NCBI GenBank assembly: GCA_030141605.1
Contig: JAQGDQ010000244.1
Coordinates: forward strand, 248,001 to 312,000
DNA: 64,000 bases
Direction of reading: 5' to 3'
DNA from: Tubiluchus corallicola
Taxonomy: Eukaryota; Animalia; Priapulida
The notes beneath the pieces are model-generated. The model had not been told where the DNA came from, ran no database searches, and saw nothing but the letters and a program-made list of their open reading frames with translations. Shown in pieces: positions 61,616 through 64,000 of the stretch. Numbering within the stretch: the stretch's first letter is position 1; every line of letters starts with the position of its first letter. The position numbers and the translations under genes are program-made.

Positions 61616-61960
61616 GATGATTAATGCAGCAGAGACTTCAGCAGAGATGTAAACCCACTTTTCGGATTAATAACAATCTTGTGAATTAAAAAGAGGTGAT
61701 CAGAATGATATCTGAGCATGAGGCACTGTTTTTGCCTTGACTGAAGTTTAATGCTATACCCAGAATTCGCTTGCATTTATACAAATTCTGTTTTACGATC
61801 TTGCTCAAGGATGTGTTAATTACTAAGTCCGACATTAAATAAAAGAAAAAAACTAAGATGGTCGGTATGCGGTTTGATCTCTGACTAAGTCTTACATTGA
61901 AAGTGAAGGTATTTCTAAATCCAGTAACGTCTAGATAGGATCTTTTCATTGTTGCATTAA

Positions 61961-62499
61961 AGGAAAGAACAATACACTCAGTATTCTGGGTTTATTTCAT
62001 TGTTATCACTTAAACATAGAAAAATATAACGAAGAAATTTGCAAAAAAGTTTTTATAAAGCTAAAATATACTCCCTCTGAATAGAAATTGGTAGTTGCCG
62101 CGATTCGTTTGAAAATTATGACGTAAGAGACATGATTTTTCGTAAGCGCATTGGTGGCTTTTCTTAAGCACGCGCTGCTTAAACGAATTCACATTTTTAC
62201 AGCTTGCCAAATATTCTCGCAAAGTGTTACAAAATCAGCTATCTAATGTTTTTGTAAAAACTTGCTATAATTTTTGAGTGTTAGGCATGACAGCGTGTTA
62301 CTTTTCTTCAACACAAATGACGTCATTGGAGGAAGAATGGGCATTCAAAATGGGAGCGCCAAAGTATGAAGTGATCGCGACTTTAAAGTGATTTTACTAA
62401 TTACACGAGACGCTTATTGCAGTTTTAGTACTAAATTCTTCTAACATTTGTCGTGAACATTGAAATAAGCCTAACCTCCCCGTAGGCTTGACCTTTCCT
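61961..62499 (+). mobile_element. Kolobok-like MITE family B
   Basis: TTAA|AGGAAAGAACAA...CTTGACCTTTCCT; homologous to 15547-16157. Confidence 0.75.
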
Positions 62500-62540
62500 T
62501 TATCTAAGACCAGCCGATAATTTTCATATTACCCCTATTA

Positions 62541-63697
62541 AATATTGGTAGGCCGTCGTCAAACGACGGATCCGGCCCCACAGACAGACACAAAATCCAG
62601 ACAAAATACAGAGAGATATTACAGTAGGAAATAAAATAAGTGAGTCATGAAAGTCCGTCGAGTCACTGCACATTATTCTTGCGCCGACGCCTCTTTTCTT
62701 TGAGATCTTCTATTCGTAGATGCTCAAAGTTGATCACTGCTCTCTTGCAGAGCGCTCTCCACTGCGTTCTGTCACTCGCCAGGGTCTCGAAGTTTTCTGG
62801 TTGGATGTTGCATTGATTCAGGGTATCCTTCAGCTGGTCTTTGTAACGCTTAAAGGGCCTACCGACCCTCCTTGCCCCTACTGCCAACTCACCAAACAGG
62901 AGAGTCCGAGGAATACGGTCCTCACCCATCCGGGACACATGACCAGACCAGCGGAGCCGTGCCGCAAATATGTGGGATTCAATGCCCCAGGCATTACAGC
63001 GACCCAAGACTTCCGTGTTAGGCACTCTGTCCTGCCAGCGAATGCCAGCTATCCGACGTAAACAGCGCATATGGAAACTGTCAAGTCCAGGTTTCGCAGT
63101 TGTAAAGTAGCACCGGTAGAATGGCTGCCTTGTAAACTGCCATCTTCGTTGCTAGGCGGACATCCCGGGTATTCCACAGTCTTCCTGACAGGCCCCCGAA
63201 GGTTGCTGCAGCCTTGCCAATTCTGGTGGTTATATCACAATCACTAGAGCAATCATTTGTCACTGTGCCTCCCAGGTAACTGAACCGATCCACGACCTTT
63301 AGAGTTCTCCACGATCTCGATCGTTATAGCAGGTGCTGTAGGAGTTGTACCAGGTCTAGGCTGCACTAAAACTTCTGTCTTCTTCACAGACACAGTCAGG
63401 CCGAAACGGGTGGCTGATAAAGCGAAGTTGTCCATCAAAAATTGTGCACCCTCCATGGAATGACTGGCAAGTGCACAGTCATCAGCATACAGCAGTTCTC
63501 TTATCAAGGTGTAACACACCATCGTTCGCGCCTTGAAGCGGCGCAGGTTGAATACGCCGCCATCATAACGAAACCTGACCTCGACACCCCGATAGCACTC
63601 GTTGTAGGCATCGCGTATTACTGCAGCAATGACTATTCCAAAAAGCAGTGGGGCTAGTACACATCCCTGCTTAACACCGTTGTTGACTGCAAACCCC
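62541..63697 (-). mobile_element. 5'-truncated, frameshifted RTE (BovB-like) LINE
   Basis: GVKQGCVLAP, LLYADD, FSYLG, LLYNCETWT and RLRWSGHV motifs; 14-bp TSD tattacccctatta at 62527-40 and 63698-711. Confidence 0.9.
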
Positions 63698-64000
63698 TAT
63701 TACCCCTATTACTCCTGTGACAATTACTAAGCTAAAGCTACGCGTCCATTGCCCCATTTCCATTATTCTGATTTTGCCAATGCAGGATACTGTTAGACTC
63801 ACCGTAACCTATTACATTACGAGGGGTAAATAATTTGTATGTTATTCGCTTTTACAATTCCTGTCTGCACATTAAAAAAATTAGTAAATAATTCACTTCG
63901 CTTCGATCCTACAGTTATTTACTAATATGTTTTATAAATCAATTCTTTTTTAATTGAATGTTAATTCTGACATTTGTATCTTTCAGTTCTTTGCACTTCA

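Overview
AT-rich, intron-containing eukaryotic (invertebrate metazoan-type) DNA, not prokaryotic. (1) 286-~19.5 kb (+): the 3' part of a spliced POGZ/ZNF280-family C2H2 zinc-finger gene. Six small exons join in consistent phase. They are followed by a 2.4-kb low-complexity exon carrying six periodically spaced histone-H3-tail-like motifs (best copy ARHKQTAKKS vs H3 ARTKQTARKS) and a second phase-compatible acidic exon. No POGZ-type CENP-B/DDE domain is visible. (2) 22-29.5 kb: two unrelated LINEs plus a partial duplicate, each bounded by (TC)n tracts. (3) 30.5-41.6 kb (-): two tandem 4-exon secreted C-type lectin paralogues with non-canonical sugar motifs. (4) 45.6-47.4 kb (+): a single-exon type-I membrane protein with signal peptide, unknown domain, EGF repeats, WAP-like module and TM segment. 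(5) A possible further secreted-protein gene starting near 53.3 kb. The rest is dense in TTAA-flanked Kolobok-like MITEs, hAT MITEs with 8-bp TSDs, TA-flanked elements carrying minisatellites, RTE fragments, a 5S-rRNA-headed SINE-like element, minisatellites and microsatellites. Family assignments rest on motif recognition by eye; no database searches were run.
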